DNA of 64,000 nucleotides from Candidatus Omnitrophota bacterium. GTDB lineage: Bacteria > Omnitrophota > Gorgyraeia > JAHIPI01. The DNA lies in the NCBI GenBank assembly GCA_016783745.1, contig JADHVZ010000005.1, positions 1,178 to 65,177 on the forward strand, given 5' to 3'. This document shows, one piece after another, positions 8,626-18,373 of this stretch. Every line of letters starts with the position of its first letter. Position 1 is the stretch's first letter. The notes under the pieces are model-generated. The model worked only from the letters and a program-made list of their open reading frames with translations, was not told the DNA's origin and did not search any database. Position numbers and translations under genes: made by a program.

Positions 8626-10385
8626 TACTCCTTGTTAGATATAAGAAATACCCGCTCTTTAAGTGAATGACGCAAGAGGTCTCTTTTTCCTTCAAAAATA
8701 TAGCCGGTCAGATCTAAAAAATACTGCATGTCCTGTTTGTGAAACTTCTTCCATACAGAAAATTCATCAAGAATATAAAGCCTTTCCCTCAATCCCTCTC
8801 CAAGGTATTCATAATAGTCATCTTTCGTGATAACACAAAATACCCTCCCTTCCGCCGGTAAAATGAAATTTACGATGAGATCCTTCTGCTGGGTCCACAA
8901 TGTTATGCGACTCGGCACCACCCTCACTACTTTATATTCTTCAAGCAACGCGTTCAACCTGTTATAACTGACTTCGCTCGAGGCGACACCCACTGAATCA
9001 TCCTGCTTGATGAGATACCTTATTTTGCCGGTGACATCTTCCAGAGGCTCTTTGCCGGCAGTAGGCACGATATATCCGGCAAAATACGCAAAAAAAGCGA
9101 ACGAAGCGGCAAAAAAACTTATAGGAAGCAATGTCCTATTTTTCTTTAAGTACGCGTAGAGCATAAACGCGGGTACTGCCAGCATAAGAAGCGACAAAGA
9201 AAAAATAGCCTCACCCAAAACATAAGAAACAAAACCCAGCCATAATAATGCGCCGAGAAAAAAGGCCGCGATCCCGAATAAGAAGGGTAGTTTATATAAA
9301 ATATTCTTCACAGGATCTCCATGCTCGGTAAGGCTTGAAAAATATCTTCCCAAAAGAAGGGATACCGGCACTGAAAGAGCAAGGACATAGTAGCTTTCTT
9401 TAGACCATACAAGTACCAAAGATATAAACACGGCAATACACCATGCGGCTATAAGGGTAAGTCCCCACTCCCTTCCCTTTTTTCTTAAAGCATATCTTTG
9501 CACGGTAACAAGCGAAGCAGGTAAAAATAATGACCAGGGTAGATGCCTTGCGAAAAGCATTCCAATATAGTAAAACGAGGCCTTAAAATAATGAACCGGT
9601 AGATTGATCTCGGTTCCCGACGAAAAATATTTCACTTTCTTCATTATCTCCATGGTCCACACATTGCCGATATAGGCATCTCCATGAAGAAGGGTCATTA
9701 CGATAAACCATGGCGCGCTGACCGCGGCAAATATGAGAAGGCCAAGAGGAAATCTGATCTCTCTGAGCGCCTTCCATTCTTTTCTCATCGCGAGAAACAG
9801 GCAAACCGTAAATATGGGATAAAAAAAACCCAAAGGCCCTTTTGTAAGCATGGCCAGGCCCATGGGTATATACATATATAAATACCTGGCGCCGCCCTTT
9901 ATATCGCCCCGATAAGCTTTAATAAACAAATAAACGGACGCGGTCATGAATAAATAAAATGTCATATCAGGCGTCGAAAAACGTGAATACATAAAGTATA
10001 CTTCGCTTGTCGAAAGAATAAAGGCGGAAAACAGTCCTGTCCTTCTGTTAAACAGGCTCGCCCCTATCAAATAGATCAGCACCACACAGCCCAGAGAGGC
10101 TAAGATAGAAGGAAATCTGGCGCCGTATATGCCCACGCCCCAGATTTTGTATGAGAGCATTATCAGCCAGTAGAACAGGATAGGTTTTTGAAAACGCAGT
10201 TTACCGTGGTATCGCGGAGTAACATAATCCCCGCTTTCTACCATCTCTTTTGTGCTTTGGATATATCTTTTTTCGTCCGGGATGGAATGGCCGAGGCGCA
10301 CCCTGTCCAGAGAATACAGCCCGAAAAGCGCCAGTACTAATACCAACACTATTATAGCCTCTTTGGACAGGTGCCTGAGATCCAT
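8625..10385 (-). CDS. ArnT/GT83-family glycosyltransferase
   Basis: DEKRY...EMVESGDYVTP...RFQKPILFYW, ARFPS, LTKGP. Confidence 0.88.
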   Translation of the reverse strand: MDLRHLSKEAIIVLVLVLALFGLYSLDRVRLGHSIPDEKRYIQSTKEMVESGDYVTPRYHGKLRFQKPILFYWLIMLSYKIWGVGIYGARFPSILASLGCVVLIYLIGASLFNRRTGLFSAFILSTSEVYFMYSRFSTPDMTFYLFMTASVYLFIKAYRGDIKGGARYLYMYIPMGLAMLTKGPLGFFYPIFTVCLFLAMRKEWKALREIRFPLGLLIFAAVSAPWFIVMTLLHGDAYIGNVWTMEIMKKVKYFSSGTEINLPVHYFKASFYYIGMLFARHLPWSLFLPASLVTVQRYALRKKGREWGLTLIAAWCIAVFISLVLVWSKESYYVLALSVPVSLLLGRYFSSLTEHGDPVKNILYKLPFLFGIAAFFLGALLWLGFVSYVLGEAIFSLSLLMLAVPAFMLYAYLKKNRTLLPISFFAASFAFFAYFAGYIVPTAGKEPLEDVTGKIRYLIKQDDSVGVASSEVSYNRLNALLEEYKVVRVVPSRITLWTQQKDLIVNFILPAEGRVFCVITKDDYYEYLGEGLRERLYILDEFSVWKKFHKQDMQYFLDLTGYIFEGKRDLLRHSLKERVFLISNKE

Positions 10386-10387
10386 CT

Positions 10388-10654
10388 TTACGCCTTAGCT
10401 TCTTTATGGCGGTTTATTAAAACGAGATTCCTCAGATAAATAATAACCCCGCAAGCTTGGCCGATAGTAAATACGATATCCTTACGGTAGAATGCGGCGT
10501 ATACGAACAGGATAACACTGCCTAATATGCTAAAATACCAGAAAGATACAGGGATAACACTCTTCTTTTGCCTTTCGGAATGCAGCCATTGAACAAAAAA
10601 CCTCATAAAGAAAAAGAATTGCCCTATGAATCCAAAAATGATCCAGTTATTCAT
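10388..10654 (-). CDS. Lipid A biosynthesis N-terminal (LAB_N) domain protein, RgtF-like
   Basis: GFIGQFFFFMRFFVQW..SE..KKSVIPVSFWYFS signature. Confidence 0.85.
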   Translation of the reverse strand: MNNWIIFGFIGQFFFFMRFFVQWLHSERQKKSVIPVSFWYFSILGSVILFVYAAFYRKDIVFTIGQACGVIIYLRNLVLINRHKEAKA

Positions 10655-10665
10655 CTCTCCTCCGT

Positions 10666-11367
10666 CTATATCCAGCTTTTTCGATTAAAAATCAACGTTA
10701 AAAAATCGTATGAGACTTTAAACGGCCTTGTGAAGCCGTATTTTGACTTGCCGTGATCGCGGGACCTGTGGTTAACTTTTATCTCAGAACCCTTCTTCCC
10801 CTTCATCATCAATAAATAGGGTATAAACCTATGGGCGCCGTTTCTCTTGAGGGGTAAGGCCTCTACAGCCTCTCTGGTATAAGCCCTCAACGTGCACGAT
10901 ATGTCATGAAGGTGGCTCTTAAAGACATTACCCTGTATAAGATTCGCTAATTTTGAGGTTATCTTCTTGGATGCCGGGTCTTTCCTGTTATAGCGCCAGC
11001 CGCATACAAAATCATAGCCCTTCTTTAATTCCTCTAAAAGGCTGGGTATATCCTGAGGATCATTCTGCATGTCACCGTCCAGAGACACGGCAACCTTTCC
11101 CCGCACTTTTCCGAAACCGGCCTCAAGCGAAACTGTCTGCCCCCGCTTCTTCTCAGAATGTACAAGTACTACCTTGTCATCGCGCTCTTTTATTTCCTTC
11201 AATAGCGGATAGGTGCCGTCGGTGGATCCGTCATTAATGAAAATAAGCTCGTAAGGGGCCCTTAACACGTCCATCGCCCTTTTGACGGACTCATAAAGTA
11301 TTGTCACGGACTCCTCTTCGTTATAAAAAGGGACAACTATTGAATATTCGATATTGGAATCGGCCAT
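10666..11367 (-). CDS. GT2 polyprenyl-phosphate glycosyltransferase (ArnC/RgtE-like)
   Basis: SIVVPFYNEEE, INDGSTDGT, DGDMQNDP, HRFIP, GKSKYG. Confidence 0.88.
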   Translation of the reverse strand: MADSNIEYSIVVPFYNEEESVTILYESVKRAMDVLRAPYELIFINDGSTDGTYPLLKEIKERDDKVVLVHSEKKRGQTVSLEAGFGKVRGKVAVSLDGDMQNDPQDIPSLLEELKKGYDFVCGWRYNRKDPASKKITSKLANLIQGNVFKSHLHDISCTLRAYTREAVEALPLKRNGAHRFIPYLLMMKGKKGSEIKVNHRSRDHGKSKYGFTRPFKVSYDFLTLIFNRKSWI

Positions 11368-11369
11368 CT

Positions 11370-13100
11370 CTACTCCCGGTTACTTACTACATAGATCTCG
11401 TTCTGAAAGATCTCTCTAAAAGCCCTCCCTAACGAATCTTGCAGCTCATCATCAAATCTTATCCTTCTTTTCCAAACGTAATAACTGCCCAGTATGCGCA
11501 GATCTCCTTTTTTCTTATCCGAAACAAAATCTTCGTAATCTTTTTTCTTTATAACGCAAAATATCTTTTTTTTAGAACCCAGAAACCTCTCAAGCGGATA
11601 TGCGGTATCGAGACCCGGTGTACCGTCAGCTTTACGCCTGGCCTTGACATTCTCTACAGGCGTGTCAAAAAAAGCCTGCAGCTCCTCCGGGATTATGCCG
11701 TGTGAGCCTATGCCTATGCCATCCCCCTCCTTGAATTCGCCCTTGATCACCAGCGCCGCCCGCTCCATCTTGTTTGTAAGCAGTCCAAAAGGCGCTGATA
11801 CTGTCATAGCGCAATACAGGATCGAAAGCGATAGAGCTATGCTTGCCGGCGCAAATATATCATTTCTATTGCGATATCCGAATATCAAGACAGCAGGCAC
11901 GGTAAGCAACACAAGTTTCCATGCGGGTATCATGCTGCCGTCCATAATAACGTCTGAAAAAATGAACGCTACGGCAAAAATCCCTAATCCGGCAAGGGTA
12001 ACTAAAAAAGGGATCCTAAAAAACGCCCGATTAAAAGACTTACCGTCAGAAAGAACAGCGCTGAACATGCTTCCAAGCAATATTGATATTGCCGGTGATA
12101 GCGCCAGTAAATAATGCGTTCTTCTTTCCGCCACAAACGTAAAAAATAAAAACACTGTGACGGCCCATAAACACAAAAAAAGATGAGCGTCTTTCACTCT
12201 CCCGGAAGACCCTTCTGAAGCACGGCCTGATAAAACAGAAGAGCTTCTTATGAGCGCGGCCGGCAAAAAAAGTGAGTACGGAAGAAATTTAGTCGCCAGA
12301 GCGCTGAGATAAAAGGCGAATCCCTTAAAGTACGTGATAAAAAAACATTCCCGGCAGTCCTGGCCCAGACGTTGAGATATTTCTCTGACCCAGATGTGGT
12401 TTAAGTATGCCTGTCCGTGCGTCCTGTACATCGTATAAAACCACGGTATTACAATGATAAAAAATACGGCAATACCGGCCAATATGTCAACAGCCCTGAA
12501 GGGATTCTCTCTCTTGACCAGACAAAAGATCGAGATTATAAGTAAAGGCACTATAATGCCGACCGGACCCTTGACTAAAAAGGCCGATGCCAGAGCCAGA
12601 AAAAAAATAAATAGGCTTTTTTTTCCGGTCCCATCCCCGCGTAACCTTAAGAAACTGTATAGCGCCGCTGTAATAAAAAAAATCAGCGCCATATCCGGAA
12701 GGGCAAGCCTCGCGTATCTGTAATAAAGAGGGGTCGTCATAAGAAGCAGAGACGCGATCACACCCGTTTTCTTGTCTCCAAAAAGTATATTCGATAATGC
12801 AAAAACTATTAGAGCAAGTAACGCGCCGAATATTATAGACGGCAGCCTGGCAGCATACCAGTTCGCGCCTAAAACCTTAAAAGAAGCGAGGATCATCCAG
12901 TAAAAGAAAACCGGTTTTTGAAAGCGGGGTTCGCCCATATACCGAGGCGTTAACAGGTCTCCGCTTTCCATCATCTCTTTCGCGCTTTCAAAGTAGAAAT
13001 TCTCGTCTCCTTTGAATTCATGGCTAAGCTTGCCGGCGCCGAAAGAAAATAAAAAAAGACTGAATGCGAGGATTATTATCCCGTAAGGCCGCTTGATCAT
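11370..13100 (-). CDS. ArnT/GT83-family glycosyltransferase
   Basis: DENFY...EMMESGDLLTP...RFQKPVFFYW, ARLPS, LVKGP. Confidence 0.88.
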   Translation of the reverse strand: MIKRPYGIIILAFSLFLFSFGAGKLSHEFKGDENFYFESAKEMMESGDLLTPRYMGEPRFQKPVFFYWMILASFKVLGANWYAARLPSIIFGALLALIVFALSNILFGDKKTGVIASLLLMTTPLYYRYARLALPDMALIFFITAALYSFLRLRGDGTGKKSLFIFFLALASAFLVKGPVGIIVPLLIISIFCLVKRENPFRAVDILAGIAVFFIIVIPWFYTMYRTHGQAYLNHIWVREISQRLGQDCRECFFITYFKGFAFYLSALATKFLPYSLFLPAALIRSSSVLSGRASEGSSGRVKDAHLFLCLWAVTVFLFFTFVAERRTHYLLALSPAISILLGSMFSAVLSDGKSFNRAFFRIPFLVTLAGLGIFAVAFIFSDVIMDGSMIPAWKLVLLTVPAVLIFGYRNRNDIFAPASIALSLSILYCAMTVSAPFGLLTNKMERAALVIKGEFKEGDGIGIGSHGIIPEELQAFFDTPVENVKARRKADGTPGLDTAYPLERFLGSKKKIFCVIKKKDYEDFVSDKKKGDLRILGSYYVWKRRIRFDDELQDSLGRAFREIFQNEIYVVSNRE

Positions 13101-13104
13101 GATA

Positions 13105-13797
13105 TCATTCTTTATTTTGCTTTATACCGGTATTAGCGAGCGCGGATATAAATGCCGCCAGAAAGAACGATTCCCCCATGACCTTCGCGGAGTCTTCGGC
13201 CATCCTGAAAATATCCCGTGTGTGCAATAAATCGGAGTAAGGGGCATCTGAGAAGAACTGAGTAAATGACTCAACGCTGTTTGTGATATAGTCCAGGCAG
13301 AACATGGTAAAGAACATGAGAAACCCGCATACCAGCATAAGGATCATGTAAGGGTGTTTCCTGAATTCCCTGATAAAATCCTTTATAAAAACTATTGCCA
13401 CCAGTCCGTAGATCAAAACGATAACATCGTCAATATGATCGGTCATGGTAGTCTCTTTGATAAACAATACATGGTGTATTAATTTATCTATATTCTCATG
13501 AAGGGACAGTATCTCATCCAGCCCCAGAAAAATAAAACCTATTCCGCATATAAGAAATGGGCGCGCCGAGGCGTTCTTTCGCCAGTTTAAAGAAAATTCA
13601 GGTTCAACGGCCTTACAAATAAGATAGCACGTAAAGGCAGTGGCAAGCAGCTGTAAAAACGAGTATATAGTCACAAGCCTCACGTCCGCAAAATGGTAAA
13701 AGAACGGCCCTGTATTCCATGATATTAAAAGTACGGCGGCGGCCGCCAAAACGGTTAAGCTTATATAAAGATTTATTTTAACATTTTTATTTGGCAA
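13105..13797 (-). CDS. Hypothetical integral membrane protein
   Basis: Several TM segments, FLGLDEILSLHE and AEDSAKVMG motifs; in the operon. Confidence 0.7.
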   Translation of the reverse strand: MPNKNVKINLYISLTVLAAAAVLLISWNTGPFFYHFADVRLVTIYSFLQLLATAFTCYLICKAVEPEFSLNWRKNASARPFLICGIGFIFLGLDEILSLHENIDKLIHHVLFIKETTMTDHIDDVIVLIYGLVAIVFIKDFIREFRKHPYMILMLVCGFLMFFTMFCLDYITNSVESFTQFFSDAPYSDLLHTRDIFRMAEDSAKVMGESFFLAAFISALANTGIKQNKE

Positions 13798-15553
13798 TCG
13801 TGAGCTCCTTGCTTGTTAAAAGATATATTTCATGCCTAAGCACATCTTTCAGGATGTCTTTTTCGCCCCGCAATATCTGCAATATTACGTCCTTGCCAAA
13901 ACTTCTCTTAAGCCTTGTTTTCCAGGTTTTGCGGTTATCCATAAGGTTCAACCTGACCCTCAATTCATCCGGCAGAATCGTTTCGTAATCCTGCCTGGAG
14001 ATCACCAGATAGACATCGCTGCCTGAGTTCATAAATTCCGTCAGTCTGCTCTGATGCAGCCCCTTAGGATCATACCCCTTCTTCCATCTTACATTTGGTT
14101 CATCGATGCGCTTGTCCAAGTATATAGAAAGCCTCTGCTGGCTTATATTCATCGATCCTACGCCTACCCTATCGCCTTCCCTCAATTCCCGCTCTATCTC
14201 TTCCGCAAAGCCCCGCATCGTGTTATCATTCAAAAGAGGGATGGCCCTTCCCCCTAAAAATGCCATCAATATGCCCATCGCTATGGGAATCGCCGCAAGA
14301 ATCATTTTTTTCCTCTTCATCATGTAGGGGACGATCAGAATAAGAGGGCTAAAAAGAATAGCGTATTCATAGAAAGCTACCGTGTTCGGATAAAGATGGT
14401 TCATCGTATAAAGCAGGATGACTAGAGTCAATATATAAACTATGACAATTAAGAAAAACGGGATCCTGAAGCCCCAGCTTTTAAATAAGGCGCCTCGTTC
14501 CTGCAGGTTGATCAGATATCTTGCCACAAGCAGGGCAAGCGCGGGGGCTATAGGCAGCATATAATGGTACTCTTTCACGGAGATCACCGTAAAAAATAAA
14601 AATATTCCGAAGAAATAGCTCAGCACGAGCTTATATGAATCTTTTTCGCGGGAATATGTATTCTTGCTTCTGAACGCGTCAAAAATGGACTGCGGCAGAA
14701 ACAGAGAATACGGAGCAAGCCATCCCGCTAAAATAGGGATATAATACAGGATCCGCTTAAAATAGATCTTTACGAATTCCAGGCCTTTTTCATTGTCCGG
14801 GGCGTAAAACATCCTCATCATAGTCTCCCGCACGACAATATGGTCAAGATACTTCTGGCCGTGCAGTTTATACATGACGATATACCATGGCAGCCCTATA
14901 GCGAGGATGATCAAAAAACCCATGGGCAAATTCATGGATTTGAGAAGCTTCCATTTTTTCGTGCTGCACACAAACAACAGTACTATAATAAGCGGGAGCG
15001 CAAAACCTACATAACCTTTGTTTAAAGTGGCAAGGCCCAAAACGATGAAAAAGAAGATAAAAAACCTCCTGCCTCCATCCATGCTCTTCGAGCCTTTTAA
15101 AAACAGGTACATCGAATAAGCTACGAAAAACGTCAAGACCATATCGGGAGAAGCGTATCTGGCGTACATAAAAAATAAAGCGATAGTCGCGAGTATGCCG
15201 GCCGCCAGAAAACCGGTCTTGCGGTCGAATAGCCTGCGGCCTATGTTGAAGGTAAATATGACTGTAAGCATTCCGAAGATGGCTGAAGGAAAGCGGACCC
15301 CGAAATTATCGATCCCGAAGATAGCGTAAGAAGCACTGACCAGCCAGTAGAAAAGAATGGGTTTTTGGAATCTGAAGCGTCCCTGGTAGTAAGGCGTGAT
15401 AAAGTCGTGCCTGGCAAACATCTCCTTTACGCTTTGAAAGTAAAACTTCTCACTCTCTATAATAGGCAAGGCGGTGCCCAGGTGATATGTAAACAATATA
15501 CCGCAAAAAACCAACAATATTATTTTTATAAGTAACTCTCTTCTTCTCAACAC
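13787..15553 (-). CDS. ArnT/GT83-family glycosyltransferase
   Basis: EMFARHDFITP...RFQKPILFYW, VRFPS, LNKGY; paralogous to the other two. Confidence 0.88.
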   Translation of the reverse strand: MLRRRELLIKIILLVFCGILFTYHLGTALPIIESEKFYFQSVKEMFARHDFITPYYQGRFRFQKPILFYWLVSASYAIFGIDNFGVRFPSAIFGMLTVIFTFNIGRRLFDRKTGFLAAGILATIALFFMYARYASPDMVLTFFVAYSMYLFLKGSKSMDGGRRFFIFFFIVLGLATLNKGYVGFALPLIIVLLFVCSTKKWKLLKSMNLPMGFLIILAIGLPWYIVMYKLHGQKYLDHIVVRETMMRMFYAPDNEKGLEFVKIYFKRILYYIPILAGWLAPYSLFLPQSIFDAFRSKNTYSREKDSYKLVLSYFFGIFLFFTVISVKEYHYMLPIAPALALLVARYLINLQERGALFKSWGFRIPFFLIVIVYILTLVILLYTMNHLYPNTVAFYEYAILFSPLILIVPYMMKRKKMILAAIPIAMGILMAFLGGRAIPLLNDNTMRGFAEEIERELREGDRVGVGSMNISQQRLSIYLDKRIDEPNVRWKKGYDPKGLHQSRLTEFMNSGSDVYLVISRQDYETILPDELRVRLNLMDNRKTWKTRLKRSFGKDVILQILRGEKDILKDVLRHEIYLLTSKELTIAK

Positions 15554-15642
15554 TTCTGCCCCTGCCTTTATAAATTATATATTAAGATAACATACTATTA
15601 TCTTTATTTCAAGGCTAAAATTAGCATGTAATATAATTATAA

Positions 15643-15752
15643 GGGGACAGACACTTTTTTTGAAGCATAGGGACAGACACTTTTTTGAGGCTACGTACAG
15701 AGCTTCAAAAAAGTGTCTGTCCCTGACAACGCTACAAAAAAAGTGTCCCCTT
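15643..15752. repeat. Nested direct and inverted GGGACAGACACTTTTTT repeats (REP-like cluster)
   Basis: Direct copies at about 15644 and 15670, inverted copy 15703-15724, partial inverted copy 15735-15752. Confidence 0.85.
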
Positions 15753-15757
15753 ATTCC

Positions 15758-17560
15758 CTAATTAACTTCCCTGAGGATCGCGGCGGATTTTTCTATATAA
15801 CCGGCATTATAATATGCCTTACTGAGATTGGAGCAGGAAGATCCGTTCCTTCGAATAGAAAGAGCCTTTTCGAAATGGTATATGGCATCGTCAAACATAT
15901 CCCGCTTGTCGAACAAGAAGCCAAGATTCGCATGTGCTTCATAAAATCCCGGCAATAGAGTTACGGCTTTTTTATACTCGGCCAGAGCCTCATCCTCCTT
16001 CCCTTTCTTCTCATAAAGCCAGCCAAGGCCGTTATGAGCGAAGGGGTGTTCAGGGTCGATCTCAAGAGCCTTTTTAAAATTCTTCTCCGCGATACCGTAG
16101 TCTTCAATGCTCATACTGGCTGTTGCGATATTAGTATAGATTTCTGCCTTTTCCGGCCCGCTATTCAAAGCATAATTATAATATGTCAGGGCTTTCTCAA
16201 AATCCTTGTTCTTTTCATAGATAGTACCGATATTGTAATACATCTTCGCTTTTTTGGGAGATGACTTAAGCGTGGCGGAATATATTGAAAGGTCGTCCTT
16301 CCAGTCCCTGTTGCGCATGAATGTCCTGAATGAATAAAGCGAGACTATGACCGCAAAAAAAGCTATAGCAAATTTAAGATCTATTTTCAGAGACTGGAGC
16401 CTTAAAAGCATCACGCTTATTATCATAAGAAAACCTATTGAGGGTATATACAGCCAGTGCTCAGCCATCTGCGCGCTCAGAGGCACTATATTCGAAAAGG
16501 GTATTAAAAAAGTTAAAAACCACGCTATTCCGAAAAATATCGCGCGTGATCTTTTATATGCGGCCACAGCTAAAAATATGATAAAAGCTAATCCCAGTAT
16601 TGAAAACACGCTATTCATATCAAAGATCGAGCGAGCCAGAGGAATGGCCCTCTCCATATGAAGGTCCGCCGGATAAAGGAGAAGCCCGATATAATCCATG
16701 ACTGTGCGGCACATCGTCAGAAGCTGCGCGCTTACAGTGGAGATGTTAGAAAAAACGTCGTTTTTCGGGGAAAAATCGAATATTGTAAGGCGTAACGTTA
16801 TATAAACCGCGCTGACCAGCAGATAGGGCCGTAATTTTCTGAACCGGGAAAGCCTGTTGCTTCCTCCTCTGTCAACGCTGACCCGTTTGCCATATGTAAG
16901 ATCATGCAATGCGAGCACCAGGGGAAATATTATAACAGACGCCTTCGACAGGAGGGCAAGGATATACATCGCTACAGATATCGGATAAAGCGCTCTTTTT
17001 TTTCTGGCGATGACATTATGCACGGAGTCCGGCTCATCATCCTTCTTTACAAGCTTCTCCTCAGGCGCTATCGAATAACGCCCCACATACGCTATGAAAG
17101 ACAATAAAAGAAAAAAGCACGCGAGGATATCAGAACGGCCCGTTAAATAATTAACCGCTCCGGTATGAACCGGGTGCACCAAAAAAAGTATGCTTGTAAG
17201 CAATGAGGCCATCCGGGATTTGCATAAAAAAAAGATGGTGAAAAAAACCAGTACGCCATTGGCAAAATGCAGCAGCACGTTAGTCAGATGGAAGCCGAAG
17301 GGGTTCAGTTTCCAAATATGGTAATCGATCAAAAACGAAACAGCCTGGACAGGCCTGTAATAATTACTATGGTCGAGCCCGAATTTTTCCACGTGCGAGT
17401 GATACAGGTCAGTAACAAATATTTTAGGGATGTATTTTACGTGAGTTATCAAGTCGTTATTCTCGATTGTGAGATGGTCATCCCACACAAAGGAATGGCT
17501 TAGTGAATTAAAATACACGGTCAGCGTGATCACGGCAAGCAGAAGAATTATTTTTTTCAT
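15758..17560 (-). CDS. TMTC-like (DUF1736-type) GT-C glycosyltransferase with TPR repeats
   Basis: FVWDD, YYRP, FHLTNVLLH, HPVHTGAV..GR, AEHWLYIPS, RNRDWKD, then TPRs. Confidence 0.85.
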   Translation of the reverse strand: MKKIILLLAVITLTVYFNSLSHSFVWDDHLTIENNDLITHVKYIPKIFVTDLYHSHVEKFGLDHSNYYRPVQAVSFLIDYHIWKLNPFGFHLTNVLLHFANGVLVFFTIFFLCKSRMASLLTSILFLVHPVHTGAVNYLTGRSDILACFFLLLSFIAYVGRYSIAPEEKLVKKDDEPDSVHNVIARKKRALYPISVAMYILALLSKASVIIFPLVLALHDLTYGKRVSVDRGGSNRLSRFRKLRPYLLVSAVYITLRLTIFDFSPKNDVFSNISTVSAQLLTMCRTVMDYIGLLLYPADLHMERAIPLARSIFDMNSVFSILGLAFIIFLAVAAYKRSRAIFFGIAWFLTFLIPFSNIVPLSAQMAEHWLYIPSIGFLMIISVMLLRLQSLKIDLKFAIAFFAVIVSLYSFRTFMRNRDWKDDLSIYSATLKSSPKKAKMYYNIGTIYEKNKDFEKALTYYNYALNSGPEKAEIYTNIATASMSIEDYGIAEKNFKKALEIDPEHPFAHNGLGWLYEKKGKEDEALAEYKKAVTLLPGFYEAHANLGFLFDKRDMFDDAIYHFEKALSIRRNGSSCSNLSKAYYNAGYIEKSAAILREVN

Positions 17561-18351
17561 AGAAGGCTCTTTTTGGCAAAATCGACGCCGTTTCTAAAAA
17601 TGTCGAGTCCGTGCCCTTCTTCCTTCAAGTCCTCTCGCGTCCACCTCGGATGCTGCGTTCTTCGGATGAATCTCTCGGGGTGAGGCATCATTCCCAATAT
17701 CCTGCCCGTAGAATCCGAAATGCCCGCTATATCATCCATGGAACCATTGGGGTTTCCCGGATAAGAAGTTTTCCCGCCGGTGGAATCAGAGTACCGGAAA
17801 ACGACCTGCTTATTTTTTTTCAGTTCATCCAGCACCGATTTGTCTTTTGTTATGAATTTCCCTTCCGCGTGCGCGACAGGTAAATATATAAGTTCCGGCA
17901 CCCCTTTAGTCCAAACGCATATATTTTCATCCGATTGCCTGAGATAGCACCATCTATCCTCAAACTTGGCCGAATCGTTAAGATTTAACGTAACCTCCAT
18001 ATTCCACATCTCCCCGCCCAGGCCCGGAAGCAATCCCATTTTAACCTGAACCTGAAAGCCGTTACATATACCCAGCATTAACTTACCGTCTGAAATAAAC
18101 CTCTCTACATCGTCACGAAGTTTATATTTGATCTCGTTCGCAAGGATCTTTCCGCTCGCTATGTCATCGCCGTAAGTGAAGCCGCCTGGAATGGCAAGAA
18201 TATGATAAGAGGAGAGCTTTTTGTCCTTTGATATAAGTTCGTTTACATGGACCAGTTCAGTGTCAGCGCCTACTTTAGAGAAAGCAAACGCCATCTCATT
18301 ATCACAGTTTGTCCCGGCTGTACGCAGTATTATTACTCTTACTTTTCTCAA
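17557..18351 (-). CDS. purQ: Phosphoribosylformylglycinamidine synthase subunit PurQ
   Basis: GTNCD, PGGFTYGD, GICNGFQ, NPNGS, GMMPHPER. Confidence 0.96.
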   Translation of the reverse strand: MRKVRVIILRTAGTNCDNEMAFAFSKVGADTELVHVNELISKDKKLSSYHILAIPGGFTYGDDIASGKILANEIKYKLRDDVERFISDGKLMLGICNGFQVQVKMGLLPGLGGEMWNMEVTLNLNDSAKFEDRWCYLRQSDENICVWTKGVPELIYLPVAHAEGKFITKDKSVLDELKKNKQVVFRYSDSTGGKTSYPGNPNGSMDDIAGISDSTGRILGMMPHPERFIRRTQHPRWTREDLKEEGHGLDIFRNGVDFAKKSLL

Positions 18352-18373
18352 GCTTTCTCTCCCGGTAATCCGG

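Noticed and set aside
15643-15752. CRISPR array
   Set aside because: Copies are in mixed orientation with very short irregular spacers, and there are no cas genes; the same applies to the 32181 and 46972 repeats.
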